IMG/VR virus record: IMGVR_UViG_3300044655_001017
Length of the DNA: 64,000 nucleotides
From: a virus
Taxonomy: Duplodnaviria; Caudoviricetes
Direction: 5' to 3' (one strand)
Shown: one piece after another, positions 26,832 through 38,042 of the stretch
Numbering within the stretch: the first letter of the stretch is position 1
Layout: the number at the start of each line of letters is the position of its first letter
Position numbers and translations under genes: made by a program
Notes under the pieces: model-generated
What the model saw: the letters and a program-made list of their open reading frames with translations, nothing else
Told to the model about the DNA's origin: nothing
The model's database searches: none

Positions 26832-26987
26832 TTACGCATGCCACCAGACTGGAGGTGTTATAATGTATCCGCAGAACATTACCCATACTAGTGTTGCAAA
26901 GCATACTACGCTTGCAACATGCAATACGTCAATTAAGATGTCGTTTGTACTTCGTGAAGCAGCGTAAGTTGTAATAGTGTTAATCAT
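26832..26987 (-). CDS. 51-aa hydrophobic (membrane) peptide not in ORF track
   Basis: MINTITT...VLHVASVVCFATLVWVMFCGYII...WWHA*; AGGAG SD; followed by a terminator. Confidence 0.6.
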   Translation of the reverse strand: MINTITTYAASRSTNDILIDVLHVASVVCFATLVWVMFCGYIITPPVWWHA

Positions 26988-27312
26988 AGTGTAGTCTCCT
27001 TTGTTAATGTCTACATAGTATTTTATGCTATTTTAACATGAAAAACAAGTAGCTAAACAGTAAAATGACTATCTACATTTAGTAAACAATCAAGCTAACA
27101 TTATTACATTATCGTAATCATTGTTTATAATAATGTATTAAGTCGTCTGAAATAACAACTTTACACTTATTATATAGTGTGTAAAAGTTTGTGTAAGCGC
27201 GTTTAGGTGATTGGCCTTGACCTAGGGTTTGTCCTAGTTTGCAGTACCAGGTGTTGTTTTGTTTAAAGAGTTTTGGTTTCATATGTCCTCGTAGTGTAAC
27301 AACTGTATTTAT

Positions 27313-28170
27313 TTGCTTGACACACTGTATATAATAGTTTATAATATGCAAACATTTTTAACTACAGGAGCAACAATGCTTGAAATAAGTATAGGAGTAA
27401 CTAATCCATTTGTAACACACAATGGATTTCGTGATCTGTTTAACTTGCATGGATCATTTACTAAACACAAACACTGGGAAATAGAAGGTATATTTAATAA
27501 AGATATTATAGCAGGGTTTGAACTAGGCACACACTTATGGGGTTCTGATCACGCAGGTCCATGTTTACGCATTGGATTATTATGTTTTGAATTAAACATA
27601 AACATGTACGATAGTAGACATTGGAGTTACAAAAATAACACATGGACTGAATACGATTATGAGTAAGAAAGAGCCAATAGAACATAGAGACTTACTTAAT
27701 AAAAAAATAGCAGTAGGTGACATTGTTGCGTTTGCAGAAAGCGGATCGCAGTATGTTGGTAAGATAACTAAGTTAACACCAAGACGTGTTAAGATTAATC
27801 GTATTACTGCACATGATCCAAACCGATGGTTTAAGCAAACTGCATATCAACGTCCACCGGATGATGTTGTTATTATAGAAGGCGCACATGTTACTGCGTA
27901 TATTATGGCAAATTCAAATTAGGAGATATAATGAAAAATTGTTTAGTCGGAATGTTCAAATTACCTGGCCTTACATTTGAAAGAGGACAACTTAGTGAAG
28001 AACTAATTAAAGAAATGGAAGACTGGTGTAAAGAAAACAATTGCGGAACTAAGATGACAGATACTCTTTGGAGCTTTAAAAGCGAAAAGAAACGTAACTG
28101 GTTTATTTTACGTTGGTGTGATAGTTTACCAAAACAAACTGAAGATGGATCAACTTACTTAGTCCACTGA
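27313..28170 (+). other. three hypothetical genes (27313-27666, 27659-27922, 27931-28170)
   Basis: Coupled ORFs with SD sites behind the consensus promoter. Confidence 0.65.
27317..27345 (+). promoter_or_regulatory. consensus sigma70 promoter at the strand switch
   Basis: TTGACA-17 bp-TATAAT. Confidence 0.85.
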
Positions 28171-28875
28171 TAACGCAATTGCTAACGGATCATTAAACAC
28201 TAGATGTCCATTAGGGCGTGACATCATGTTAGCAAGATGGACATCTGCATAAAACCCTGTATGCGCAAACAATGGTTCAAGCAATCTCATTGCATCTTTA
28301 AAATGTTTATCAGTAGCAAGGTTTCGTATATCACGACGGAACTTTGGAGTATCCATCATGTGCGCCCATGCAAATTCTGTTGTAATAGGGTGTCTTGCGA
28401 TAGGTTTTAGTCCTGCTTGGTAACGTGTAATATACTCGAGTAATCCAAGCTGTTTTAACACTGCTTCAAACTGATCAGCGTCAGTTTCTTGTAGTCGCTC
28501 AGTTACTATTAAGATTTGCAATTTTCTATTATCGTGTATTGGAAGATATTCAAACTCAGGGTGTGTTTCTAAATAATCTTCTTCTTCAGGTGTTATATTT
28601 TTTAAGTTAAACACTTTATGATTAAATACTTTTGGGAAATATGGGTTGTTAGGATGATTGATACATACACGTAAGAACTGCCATATTGGATCATCCTCTC
28701 CCGATACTGCAGCTACTTTAACTACTGTATTAGGATGTGTTTTATGATAGTATGCGATTGCTTGACATCCAGCTGCAATAAATTGCAACTTAGGTGACTG
28801 TATTACACCACTAGTAGATTTATTTGATATACGTGGTTTAAATTTTATTTCACTTAATAATTCTTTAATTTTCAT
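28159..28875 (-). CDS. protein-kinase-like (PKL fold) protein
   Basis: AAGCQAIAY glycine-loop-like segment, VVKV lysine, ADVHLANMM catalytic loop, VFNDP; late promoter upstream. Confidence 0.65.
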   Translation of the reverse strand: MKIKELLSEIKFKPRISNKSTSGVIQSPKLQFIAAGCQAIAYYHKTHPNTVVKVAAVSGEDDPIWQFLRVCINHPNNPYFPKVFNHKVFNLKNITPEEEDYLETHPEFEYLPIHDNRKLQILIVTERLQETDADQFEAVLKQLGLLEYITRYQAGLKPIARHPITTEFAWAHMMDTPKFRRDIRNLATDKHFKDAMRLLEPLFAHTGFYADVHLANMMSRPNGHLVFNDPLAIALSVD

Positions 28876-28908
28876 GTTGTGCCCAATTTAATATATTTAT
28901 AGGAATTT

Positions 28909-29268
28909 ATGAAACACCACAAATTAGTTCTAACCAGTCATCTTAATCATTACGGATTTTTATTCGGGGGGCAAATGCTCCATTGGATTGACTCAGTTGG
29001 CTATGTATCTGCAAACTACGAGTTTCCGGGATATGAGTTTGTTACCCGAGGATTAGACAGTGTATCATTTACTAAACGTGTACCTGCAGGGTCTATATTA
29101 GAATTTGATGCGGTACTTACACGTAAAGGTAAATCATCGGTTACATTTAAAATTGATGTATACTGCGATGATAGATCAAACCCACGTGAGCATGCATTTA
29201 GCACTAATATTACATTTGTAAGTATTGATAAAAATGGTAACAAACGTGAGTTAAATGAGCCGGTTTGA
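28909..29268 (+). CDS. acyl-CoA thioesterase (hotdog fold, YciA-like)
   Basis: HLNHYGFLFGGQMLHWID...VT...VSFTKRV...TFVSIDKNG. Confidence 0.85.
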   Translation: MKHHKLVLTSHLNHYGFLFGGQMLHWIDSVGYVSANYEFPGYEFVTRGLDSVSFTKRVPAGSILEFDAVLTRKGKSSVTFKIDVYCDDRSNPREHAFSTNITFVSIDKNGNKRELNEPV

Positions 29269-29465
29269 ACACGTTGCTAACATAGTAATTCCATTAACTG
29301 AAACTTTAGAAGTTATACGTGACTTACGTTCAAAGGGGTTACAGAGTGGGGAAGACTTTGATTTTAAATATGTAGCAGTTGCGGAGTACGATGACTTTAA
29401 TACTCCGCAATACGATCATATTAGATTTTCATTTAAAGAAGGGAAGTGGACTACGTATGTAATTC

Positions 29466-30782
29466 TTAAGTTTGGGTAAATGGTTGCAAGACACCATTTA
29501 TGTTTTGACCTTTAACAAATTGTAAATCTCTAGGATTAGTTGCTTTTATATATTCAATTGTTTCTGGTCTAAGGTACCCTAGCATATGCATGTTATACGG
29601 GAATGCTTTTGCAAGTTTCATCTCAACACTCGGATCAAGTGTTTGGGGATTTAATGCGTTAAATAAAGTTTGTACTCCATTTTTTGATGATATTACCATA
29701 TCAGCATAAACATCTTGTGCAATAGGATTTTCACTAATATCATAAAATATTTTAGGATATGTCCATATTGCCATTTCAATTTGCTCTCTCGATGGATTTG
29801 GTATTTTTTTAATAAGTCTTGGGTTACCTCTAACTGCAGCCTTGATCTGTTGATCTGTTGGATTACTAATATGCTTTATAAAATCAGGATGCACTTGCAA
29901 GTAATCTGTTTGAAATAGAATATCCATCTCTTTCATATCTGCTGGTTTAATATCTGCAGTATACGTTCTAAGTAATCTCTTAAAACTTCTTCCTGAATAT
30001 TCATCATTTATAGAATATGCATTATGATTTCTATCAAAGAAATTAAGCAACGCATATTCAATTTCTGGATTACGTTTACCACGATAGTTATGTTGATTAA
30101 TTGTCAACATATCAGCAATTGTATCAAGATATGTTGTTGGTTTTTGTTCTTTAGGCGGTTCTGATTCAACATTATCAATATTAGGATTAGCAAGCGCAGC
30201 ACGAATGATATCAGTTGCTGCTACTCCAGTTTCTTCTAAAAACTGCTCGTTGGACATTTTATCATCAGCGCCAGTAAACAATTCAAAACTATTTGGTTGA
30301 TTTCTGTAAAATGCAATTGCCCACATGTCATCACCGTCACCGTCGCCTTGATAATTAAGGAAACAATAAATTAGAACTACACCTTTTCCGGTGTATTCTT
30401 CCCAATGCTGCTGTTCTGCTTTAGTAGTACACCAATCACTATGTCTACCAATGTTAACGCTAGCATTTTTGTTTAGTGGCATAACTCCAGTAATGTTATT
30501 ATGATCATACACAGTTACCGAATCTTGTTCTTTTTTTACTAATTTCTTTTTCTGTGTTTTACTTTGCTCTTGTGATTTATCAAATACAAATCTTTGAAAT
30601 TCAAACCAGCCTTTTTTACGCCATGCATCAATATTACGTTGTTCACCTTGTACTTGATTGCGATCAACAAGCTGTCTAAACTTGCTAATTATATCTTTTA
30701 TACGTTCTGGATTTCCATATTTTGAAAACTCTGACTGGGCTTCTTTGTACCCATCAATTAAAAATAATTCTCTTAGTAACAT
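29466..30782 (-). CDS. large hypothetical late protein with DUF4116-like helical repeats (likely start MLLREL at 30782)
   Basis: Repeats PDFIKHISNPTDQQIKAAV / PRLIKKIPNPSREQIEMAI; ASVNIGRHSDWCTT segment. Confidence 0.6.
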   Translation of the reverse strand: MLLRELFLIDGYKEAQSEFSKYGNPERIKDIISKFRQLVDRNQVQGEQRNIDAWRKKGWFEFQRFVFDKSQEQSKTQKKKLVKKEQDSVTVYDHNNITGVMPLNKNASVNIGRHSDWCTTKAEQQHWEEYTGKGVVLIYCFLNYQGDGDGDDMWAIAFYRNQPNSFELFTGADDKMSNEQFLEETGVAATDIIRAALANPNIDNVESEPPKEQKPTTYLDTIADMLTINQHNYRGKRNPEIEYALLNFFDRNHNAYSINDEYSGRSFKRLLRTYTADIKPADMKEMDILFQTDYLQVHPDFIKHISNPTDQQIKAAVRGNPRLIKKIPNPSREQIEMAIWTYPKIFYDISENPIAQDVYADMVISSKNGVQTLFNALNPQTLDPSVEMKLAKAFPYNMHMLGYLRPETIEYIKATNPRDLQFVKGQNINGVLQPFTQT

Positions 30783-30783
30783 T

Positions 30784-32298
30784 TTAAATATCTTCCGGTT
30801 GCACAGGCTGCGGTTTGACTTCTTGATGAGCAGCAGGTTTGTTGTACACAGGTAATGGTTTCTTAGCAATAGGTCTTGCAGGATCTACTGTAGGCTCTAC
30901 ATATTGTTTTTCTATTTCTTTTACCTTTTTTAAATCTTTTAATAATGATTTTAATTCTGGTTTACTTAAATCATTAGCAGCTGACTTAACAAATAGTTCA
31001 ACAGCACTTGTACCTAATGACGGATTAACTAATGTGTAAAGTTTTCTAAGATACTCTTTTCTGTATAAGTCTTCATTACATGCAATTTGCAATGCCATTG
31101 CTGTACGCAACGCAACACTAATCAATGATCTAATATCATGATTTAAATAATCACCCCCTGGTCCACGAAATTCTACCCATTTATCTTTAGCGTTGATAGA
31201 AACATACTTGTCAGTAATACTATCATGGAAGAATCTACTAACACGAGTAGTCATGTTCTGACGCATTTGATTTAACAACATTGATCCATTTTCGTCTGAC
31301 ACATCAAATCGGTCTGAATCATTTTTTAATGATTGTAATGTACTTGCACAGTAAGAATTGTACAACCGATTGAACTGCCCTAATATATGTTCATCGCCTA
31401 AGAACAACGCTAGTTTAATATAGTCTAATCTACTACGATCATAATCCGGAATAGACACATTAATATGTAGCCCAGTTGACTCATTAGTAAAACATCCGTA
31501 ATTTTTAGCCCAGGTTATTAACTTTTCAAAATTAGCTAATGTTTCAGGTAATTCTTTAGCTGGACTAATAAATTCTAACCCGGATGCTAGTTCATCACCT
31601 ACTTGTATAGTAACATCGGGTTCAATAATCCAGTCTTGATAATTTTCATCAGTACGTTTAACACCGCCATGAATTAAATTACTATGCACTGTACTTGTTC
31701 CAACTGCTGCTTTAAAACCGTCAAGCAATTGAGTTAATGGATTATATTCATCAGGCAATTCTAATTCTTGTTTACCTCCAATGTTTAATCCTGCAACATC
31801 TATCATAGTAGTAACATCTAATGCACCTAACCAAGCTACTGTAGAGTTTGCTTTCATTCTACCATAAAATGCTCGATGGTCTTTTATAATTTTATCATAC
31901 ATTGCAGTGTATTCATCGGTTTCGTAATCAATCATTTGATATGCTTCTTCTTCACCGTAATCCTTTTCTAAGTCCTTAAACACGCGTTCATCTATATCAT
32001 ATTTAAAATCCGGATTACCTTCAACATATTTTTTATATCTTTCATCAACCCAAAGTTTGTATGCAGTTGTAAGAGCTTTACCTATTTTAATTTCGAGGCG
32101 CATATCTCCTCGACCAAAGAATTCAATAATACTTTCAATGTCATCTACTACTGGTGGTAATTCTTGACATGGTACGCACATTTCTGCTTCAAATCCCATA
32201 GTCATACCTGCAGATGCAGGACCTTGTAACCAATTTTGTAGAGAACCTGGACTCATGTTTACTTCATTGAGTAAAGGTTTGAATTCTGTATAACGCAT
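30784..32298 (-). CDS. putative amidoligase (COOH-NH2 ligase, Amidoligase_2-like)
   Basis: GFEAEM, EPDVTI, GLEFISP, NESTGLHINVS, KYVSIN, VEFRGPGG motifs; exact TATAAATA late promoter at 32334-32327. Confidence 0.8.
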   Translation of the reverse strand: MRYTEFKPLLNEVNMSPGSLQNWLQGPASAGMTMGFEAEMCVPCQELPPVVDDIESIIEFFGRGDMRLEIKIGKALTTAYKLWVDERYKKYVEGNPDFKYDIDERVFKDLEKDYGEEEAYQMIDYETDEYTAMYDKIIKDHRAFYGRMKANSTVAWLGALDVTTMIDVAGLNIGGKQELELPDEYNPLTQLLDGFKAAVGTSTVHSNLIHGGVKRTDENYQDWIIEPDVTIQVGDELASGLEFISPAKELPETLANFEKLITWAKNYGCFTNESTGLHINVSIPDYDRSRLDYIKLALFLGDEHILGQFNRLYNSYCASTLQSLKNDSDRFDVSDENGSMLLNQMRQNMTTRVSRFFHDSITDKYVSINAKDKWVEFRGPGGDYLNHDIRSLISVALRTAMALQIACNEDLYRKEYLRKLYTLVNPSLGTSAVELFVKSAANDLSKPELKSLLKDLKKVKEIEKQYVEPTVDPARPIAKKPLPVYNKPAAHQEVKPQPVQPEDI

Positions 32299-32367
32299 AA
32301 CAATTCCTTTAGTTTATATAATAGTGTATTTATATGATGAAATTGTCTTTGACTTTTATTTAAATAC

Positions 32368-33475
32368 GTGTATAATATACACATAACTTATGTATATAGG
32401 AGTTATATGCAAACAACTAATAACATTATTAATGACGTAATGTTACAATTTTCACCATGTTTCCAACTATTAGGAGAATATATGGAACAGTCAGAACTAA
32501 AGTGTAAAGATTGTATTCATTCACATGCTAGTTGGTTTTCAAAACTAATTAGAAACCAATATGGATATAATTGTACAAAATATATCACACCAGCAAAGTA
32601 TGATCCGGTATTAGGTAACACTACTCCAGAAAAGTTAGGAGCATGTACTGTTGCTCGTCTTGATAGATCGTTCTGTGGACCACAAGCATTATTATGGTAT
32701 CCTAAATACAAACGTGGTTTGTTTGATTATATAAAACATGTTGACACACTACCAAAGGAGTAATATGACAGGATTAATAAAGAACATAACACGATTTTTT
32801 CAAAAGCCTAAGTTAATTATATCGCCAAGAGAGCGATTATTAAATAAAGTACTAGAGGCAGTAATTGAACGACGTAAACACAATGAACATTGTATTTTAC
32901 TAGTAACACCTATTGGTGTAACAAGTCAACCTTCAGCAACACAACCTGCATCAGTTGCACTTATTGGTCATGATAAAATAAGCGACTTTCAGGAAACTCT
33001 ACTGTATATTGAAGAACAACTAATAAAAGACGGACATTACTGCATAGTCAAGCTAGCAGAAGATAAGTCATACGCAAACATGTTCATCTATATAGATGAA
33101 TCAATTTTAGTTTAATAGGAGAAATGTATGATTGGTATTATTATCGGAACTTTTGTAGTTGGTGTATTATCAGGTTTATGGTTAAACATTACGATGTATA
33201 GAAGTGCAATGCGGCATGCTCCGGACGCATTAATTGATGGTATTCGACAATTCCATGCATCATATCAAGATGATCTCGATAATGACGACGAAGACATTGA
33301 TGGCAAAGATACAATTGTAGTTTCTTTTGAAAAAGTTAACACACATTGGTATTTGTATGATGTATCAACTAATATATTTGCAGGACAAGGTACTAGTTTA
33401 GACGAAGCAATTGCAGCAGTCGAAGCACGATTTCCAAGTAAAGAAGTAATCGTACAACAAGTAGAGGCATCATGA
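32368..33475 (+). other. three hypothetical genes (32368-32763, 32738-33115, 33128-33475)
   Basis: Coupled ORFs behind a TTGACT...TATAAT promoter near 32349. Confidence 0.6.
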
Positions 33476-33966
33476 ATATATACGTAGATATGGATGAGGT
33501 AGTAGCAGATTTTAAAGGGTTTGCTGAAGAATTCTTTCAAAGAAATCTAGATAATAGAGAACGACTTCCACCTGAAGAATGGGAGCGATTAGCAAGTTGT
33601 GAAAGATTATATCGTGATCTTAAAGTAAGAGAGGGTGGCTACTCACTTATTAATTGGCTAAGAGTGTATTGTCATGAACATAACGTTGGACTGTTTTTTC
33701 TAACAGCTATTCCTAGAAACAATGACATACCGTATGCAATCATGGATAAGGTTGAATGGTGCCAGAAGTATTTTCCAGGTATTCCAGTGTTTATTGGACC
33801 GCGTAGTCATGAAAAAGTTAAACGTTGCAAGTTTGGAGATATATTAATTGATGATCGGTTAAGCAACATTACTGAATGGAATGAAGCTGGAGGTGTTGGC
33901 TATCAATATAAAAACTGGGCTGATTGCAAATTATGGCTTGAGGCAATTTTGTTACCTAAGACTTAA
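33472..33966 (+). CDS. 5'(3')-deoxyribonucleotidase, HAD family
   Basis: IYVDMDEVVADF motif I; ILIDD motif IV. Confidence 0.85.
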   Translation: MNIYVDMDEVVADFKGFAEEFFQRNLDNRERLPPEEWERLASCERLYRDLKVREGGYSLINWLRVYCHEHNVGLFFLTAIPRNNDIPYAIMDKVEWCQKYFPGIPVFIGPRSHEKVKRCKFGDILIDDRLSNITEWNEAGGVGYQYKNWADCKLWLEAILLPKT

Positions 33967-34214
33967 CTTAATACATAAATATTATAATAAAGGAGCGGTT
34001 CGATGACTAGTGTATGCACAATTCAATTTAATACTCACACAGTATCTGTTAACTTAGACGACTATGGAACATATCATGTGTTTAAATGTACCACCGACCG
34101 TTGCGAATTAGAGTCTTTTGAGAATAGAGAAGACGCTGAAGAATATATTTTATACCCAATGCCAAGTATACAGTATTCGTTAATCATTCATGAAGACGAC
34201 GAATAAATACTACT

Positions 34215-35024
34215 ATGAAGATTCTTGTGACAGGACACAATGGATTTATTGGTCGTAATATGGTCGAATGGTTGTCGGCTGAAGGATGGCAAGTAGAAGG
34301 ATGGGATTATGATCCTGAGAACTTACCTGATGTTAAAAAGTATCAATGGGTTATACATTTAGGTGCATTAACTGATAAATCTAACACCGATATTGATAAA
34401 TTTATGATTCAAAATTATGAATTTAGTCAATGGCTATTTAACGAATGCCAACTAAACGAAGTACATCTACAATATGCTAGTACTAGTGCTGTATACGGAT
34501 ATGGTAAGGACTTTAGTGAAACTGCTGAATGCAAGCCATTGACGCCGTATGCAATTAGTAAATATGTGTTTGACAGATGGGCATTCAGGCAACCTGCACA
34601 TTCTGCATTCGTACATGGTTTTAGATATTTTAATGTATATGGGAAATACATGCATTTACGAGGAAATCAAGCTAACATTATATATAAATGGCAAGAAGAA
34701 GCTCGTAAGACAGGCCAACTCTCAGTATGGCACACTGCAGATCAAGTTAAACGTGATTGGGTATGGGTGGGTGATGTATGTAAAGTACATATTGATTTTA
34801 TTAAAAATGTACACGGATCTGGTATTTGGAACGTAGGTTCTGGGCTAGCGCATAGTTATTTAGATATAGCAGAAGCTATTGCAGAACAAGAAGATGCAGT
34901 AATAACCGTAGTTGAATCAAAAGGAAATGATATACGCTACAAGACGTGTGCCGATTTAACGCTTTTAAAAGCTACAATTGGAAAACGTCAATGGCTTAAT
35001 GTATTTGAATACATTAACAGATGA
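34215..35024 (+). CDS. rfaD: NAD-dependent epimerase, ADP-glyceromanno-heptose 6-epimerase-like
   Basis: ILVTGHNGFIG Rossmann motif, YASTSAVYG, YAISK (YxxxK), GFRYFNVYG, RDWVWVGD. Confidence 0.75.
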   Translation: MKILVTGHNGFIGRNMVEWLSAEGWQVEGWDYDPENLPDVKKYQWVIHLGALTDKSNTDIDKFMIQNYEFSQWLFNECQLNEVHLQYASTSAVYGYGKDFSETAECKPLTPYAISKYVFDRWAFRQPAHSAFVHGFRYFNVYGKYMHLRGNQANIIYKWQEEARKTGQLSVWHTADQVKRDWVWVGDVCKVHIDFIKNVHGSGIWNVGSGLAHSYLDIAEAIAEQEDAVITVVESKGNDIRYKTCADLTLLKATIGKRQWLNVFEYINR

Positions 35025-35401
35025 CAGGAATAAAAATGAGAGCTCAAGAGTTTATTAAAGAAGAGAAAATTGGTGTTAAGGCTAAACGTGCCGGAAGAAC
35101 TAGTGATCGCCCAGCTCGCGGTCATAACACTGAACCGAGATACAAAACTAAATCAGTTGAACTTGACGAAACACAACTTGACGAACGTGGTAAAGCTAGT
35201 ACAAAACTATGCAAAAGTTCTAGACCAGATAAAGATTTAGGTGCTAGTAACTTAGCTAGTTGCAAAAGCCAAGGACTACGAGCACGCGATGGTGAAAAAA
35301 GTCACAAACTTGGTAAAAGTAAAAAAAGCCGTGTTAAGGTAGATGGTAAAAAGATTAAAGGTGCTAAGTACGGCGGTCCACTCCCTGACTGGTCAGAATA
35401 G
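35021..35401 (+). CDS. basic hypothetical late protein (MRAQEFIKEE start)
   Basis: Lys/Arg-rich, CKS...SCKSQG. Confidence 0.6.
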   Translation: MTGIKMRAQEFIKEEKIGVKAKRAGRTSDRPARGHNTEPRYKTKSVELDETQLDERGKASTKLCKSSRPDKDLGASNLASCKSQGLRARDGEKSHKLGKSKKSRVKVDGKKIKGAKYGGPLPDWSE

Positions 35402-35410
35402 GGGATAATT

Positions 35411-36319
35411 ATGAGATTACGTGAATTTAGTCCAGTAATGGAGGAATTGACATTTACATTGTCAGTTCCATCTACACCAAATGACATTTCAAATTTGCAA
35501 CGTGCATTACAAGCATTTGAATACAATGTAGAACCAACTGGTACAATTGATGAGTTAACAACTAATGCAATTAAACGTGCTCAACATGATGTTGGATTAC
35601 CAGTAACTGGTAAGGCCGATGACGCTACTGTTACTGCAATTAATCAAGCAATGACTGCAGTGCCTGGTATGATGGATTATATGAAAAAATCTAGTCTATC
35701 ACAATTTACAACTCCTAGTGTATCAGCTGATCCTACTAGTAATGCTACTGACTCAAAGACTTCTAAAGTATCTAGTAAGCGTAAACCAACTGGACCTAGA
35801 GTTCGAGGATATGCTTTAGAAAACGACAGAGAATTTATGAATAAAGTACAAGAAGTTGCTAACAAGTTAGGTGTTCAACCAAACGCACTATTAGCAATTA
35901 TGAAAAAAGAATCAGGATTAGATCCTTCTATTAGAAATAAAATAGCTTTAAAGATGGGTAAACCTGCAGCAGTTGGATTAATTCAATTTATGCCAGCTAC
36001 TGCTAGACAACTTGGAACTACTACTGAAGAACTAGCATCAATGTCTGCAGTTGAACAGATGGATTATGTTTACAAATATTATAAAATCAACAAAGCTAAA
36101 CCAGGAATGGATGCAGGTGATTTATATATGTTAACATTCTTACCTGCGTATGCAGGTAAAGATCCTAAAATTGTACTTGGACAAAAAGGTGGCGGTGAAT
36201 TAGGAACTACTAATATATCAAAACATTCTATATATAAAATGAATCCAAGTTTTGATACATCAGGAAAAGGTTACTTTACTATCGCTGACGTAAAACAATC
36301 AATTAACGCATTTGCATAA
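35411..36319 (+). CDS. peptidoglycan-binding domain plus lytic transglycosylase (SLT)
   Basis: LQRALQ...TG..D..T..AI PG-binding pattern; IMKKESG catalytic Glu, AVGLIQFMPATA. Confidence 0.85.
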   Translation: MRLREFSPVMEELTFTLSVPSTPNDISNLQRALQAFEYNVEPTGTIDELTTNAIKRAQHDVGLPVTGKADDATVTAINQAMTAVPGMMDYMKKSSLSQFTTPSVSADPTSNATDSKTSKVSSKRKPTGPRVRGYALENDREFMNKVQEVANKLGVQPNALLAIMKKESGLDPSIRNKIALKMGKPAAVGLIQFMPATARQLGTTTEELASMSAVEQMDYVYKYYKINKAKPGMDAGDLYMLTFLPAYAGKDPKIVLGQKGGGELGTTNISKHSIYKMNPSFDTSGKGYFTIADVKQSINAFA

Positions 36320-36325
36320 CAATAC

Positions 36326-36877
36326 ATGAATATACCAGGAACAATATTAATAGCACCACCGCATGTGCAACATCAATTATGGGGTTCGGCAACTATTTTA
36401 GTTACTGAAGATACCGGATCCGGAACAACCGGCATAATATTAAATAGAGAAAGTCGAATGACAATTGCTGAATTTGGAGATAGACTTGGTTTTGATATGA
36501 GTCATATCCCTGGTATGCTCCATATTGGAGGACCGGATAGACAAACTAGTTTTAGCATATTGCATTCCTCGGAATGGAGCAGTAAGAATACATTTAAAGT
36601 AAACAATTATTTTTCAGTTAGCTCAGATAACGATGTCCTTAAACGTTTTGAAAATGGTGATGAGCCATTACACTGGAGAATGTTTCTCGGAATGTGTACC
36701 TGGAATCCAGGACAACTTGATAACGAAATAAACGGATTAGGCTCGCCTAAAGCTAGCATTAACTGGTGTACAACATCGTGTGATCTTGAGTTAGTATTTG
36801 AAACAGATCTTGAAGACGTATGGGATGTTGCATTAGAAAGATGTAGTCTTGAATTTGCACGGAATTTTATGCTATGA
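36326..36877 (+). CDS. YqgE/AlgH (DUF179) family protein
   Basis: ILIAPP...GIILNR...GGP...RMFLG..TWNPGQLDNEI. Confidence 0.85.
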   Translation: MNIPGTILIAPPHVQHQLWGSATILVTEDTGSGTTGIILNRESRMTIAEFGDRLGFDMSHIPGMLHIGGPDRQTSFSILHSSEWSSKNTFKVNNYFSVSSDNDVLKRFENGDEPLHWRMFLGMCTWNPGQLDNEINGLGSPKASINWCTTSCDLELVFETDLEDVWDVALERCSLEFARNFML

Positions 36878-37290
36878 AATTAAAACAAGCACTTTGGAAA
36901 ATATTAGGATTTATATTACTAGGAATAGCGTATATCGGTGTAGTTACTCCTGGACTGCCGTTTAGTCCGTTCCTAGTAGGTGCTGCTTTTAGTTTTAGTA
37001 AAGGAAGCCCAACAATGCACGCATGGATCTACAATCATAAGTATTTTGGTCCATTCTTAACAAATTGGGTGGGCAAACAAGTTTTCCCAACTAAAATGAA
37101 ATATATGATGTTACTTGTAATGAGCAGTTCATTAGTAGCATTATGGTTTACAACACATAACTTACACGCTATTATTGGTTCAGGCAGCTTTATGGCACTT
37201 GTTGCTATTTGGGCATGGCGCTTTCCAGGAAGTGTGGAAGTTTATGAATATCGTATTAACAACAACAAACGAATAGGCTGGCTTAAATGA
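36874..37290 (+). CDS. YbaN/DUF454 inner membrane protein
   Basis: LLGIAYIGVVTPGLPFSPF...FSKGSP..H.W..NH.YFGP. Confidence 0.85.
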   Translation: MKLKQALWKILGFILLGIAYIGVVTPGLPFSPFLVGAAFSFSKGSPTMHAWIYNHKYFGPFLTNWVGKQVFPTKMKYMMLLVMSSSLVALWFTTHNLHAIIGSGSFMALVAIWAWRFPGSVEVYEYRINNNKRIGWLK

Positions 37291-38042
37291 AGAAATTTTT
37301 ATTATTACTACTGTTACCTTTTACGGTAGCAGCAAATCCCATTGATGACAAATGTCCACAGTTTTCTATACACGGTGCTCCAGTGTCGCAACTTACTGCT
37401 TCACAATACTTGTGTAAACAAAACTATGCTATTCATTATCGATACGATACAAAAACTGCAGAGTATGTAGTTGAACATGTTTCTCCTGAAGATATGAGTG
37501 GAGTAGTTCATCGTCAAGACGACTTTCGTCCAGACTTAGATGTACCAGAACAATTTAGAGCAACACTACACGACTATGCAGGTCATCCATATGACAGAGG
37601 ACACCTAGTTCCTGCAGGTGACAGTACTCAAACTAAAGAAATTATGAGTGAAAGTTTTGCACTTACTAATATGGTTCCACAAGTACCTGCCAACAACAGA
37701 GGTATTTGGAATAAGTTAGAATCAACTGTTCGTAACTGGGCAGGGGAAGGGCGTGACATTTATGTAACTTCTGGAACTTATTATCAACCTGGTAAACAAA
37801 TTAAAACAATTGGTAAAGGTGTAGCTATTCCTGATTACTTATGGAAGGCAATTTATGATGCAACTAATAATCAAACAATTGCATTCTTAATACCAAATGA
37901 CGGAATTTCTGCTAGAGAGTTACCTAAGTTTATTTTAACTGTTGAACAGTTACAAAATGTAGTAAACATTAACTTCTTTCCGGCACTTGGGACTAGTCCA
38001 ATTGAACAAGCTATTAATCGCGACTTGTGGAAAGGTTTATAA
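37287..38042 (+). CDS. secreted DNA/RNA non-specific endonuclease
   Basis: Signal peptide; YDRGHLVPA, SESF..TNMVPQ...N.GIW motifs. Confidence 0.92.
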   Translation: MKKFLLLLLLPFTVAANPIDDKCPQFSIHGAPVSQLTASQYLCKQNYAIHYRYDTKTAEYVVEHVSPEDMSGVVHRQDDFRPDLDVPEQFRATLHDYAGHPYDRGHLVPAGDSTQTKEIMSESFALTNMVPQVPANNRGIWNKLESTVRNWAGEGRDIYVTSGTYYQPGKQIKTIGKGVAIPDYLWKAIYDATNNQTIAFLIPNDGISARELPKFILTVEQLQNVVNINFFPALGTSPIEQAINRDLWKGL

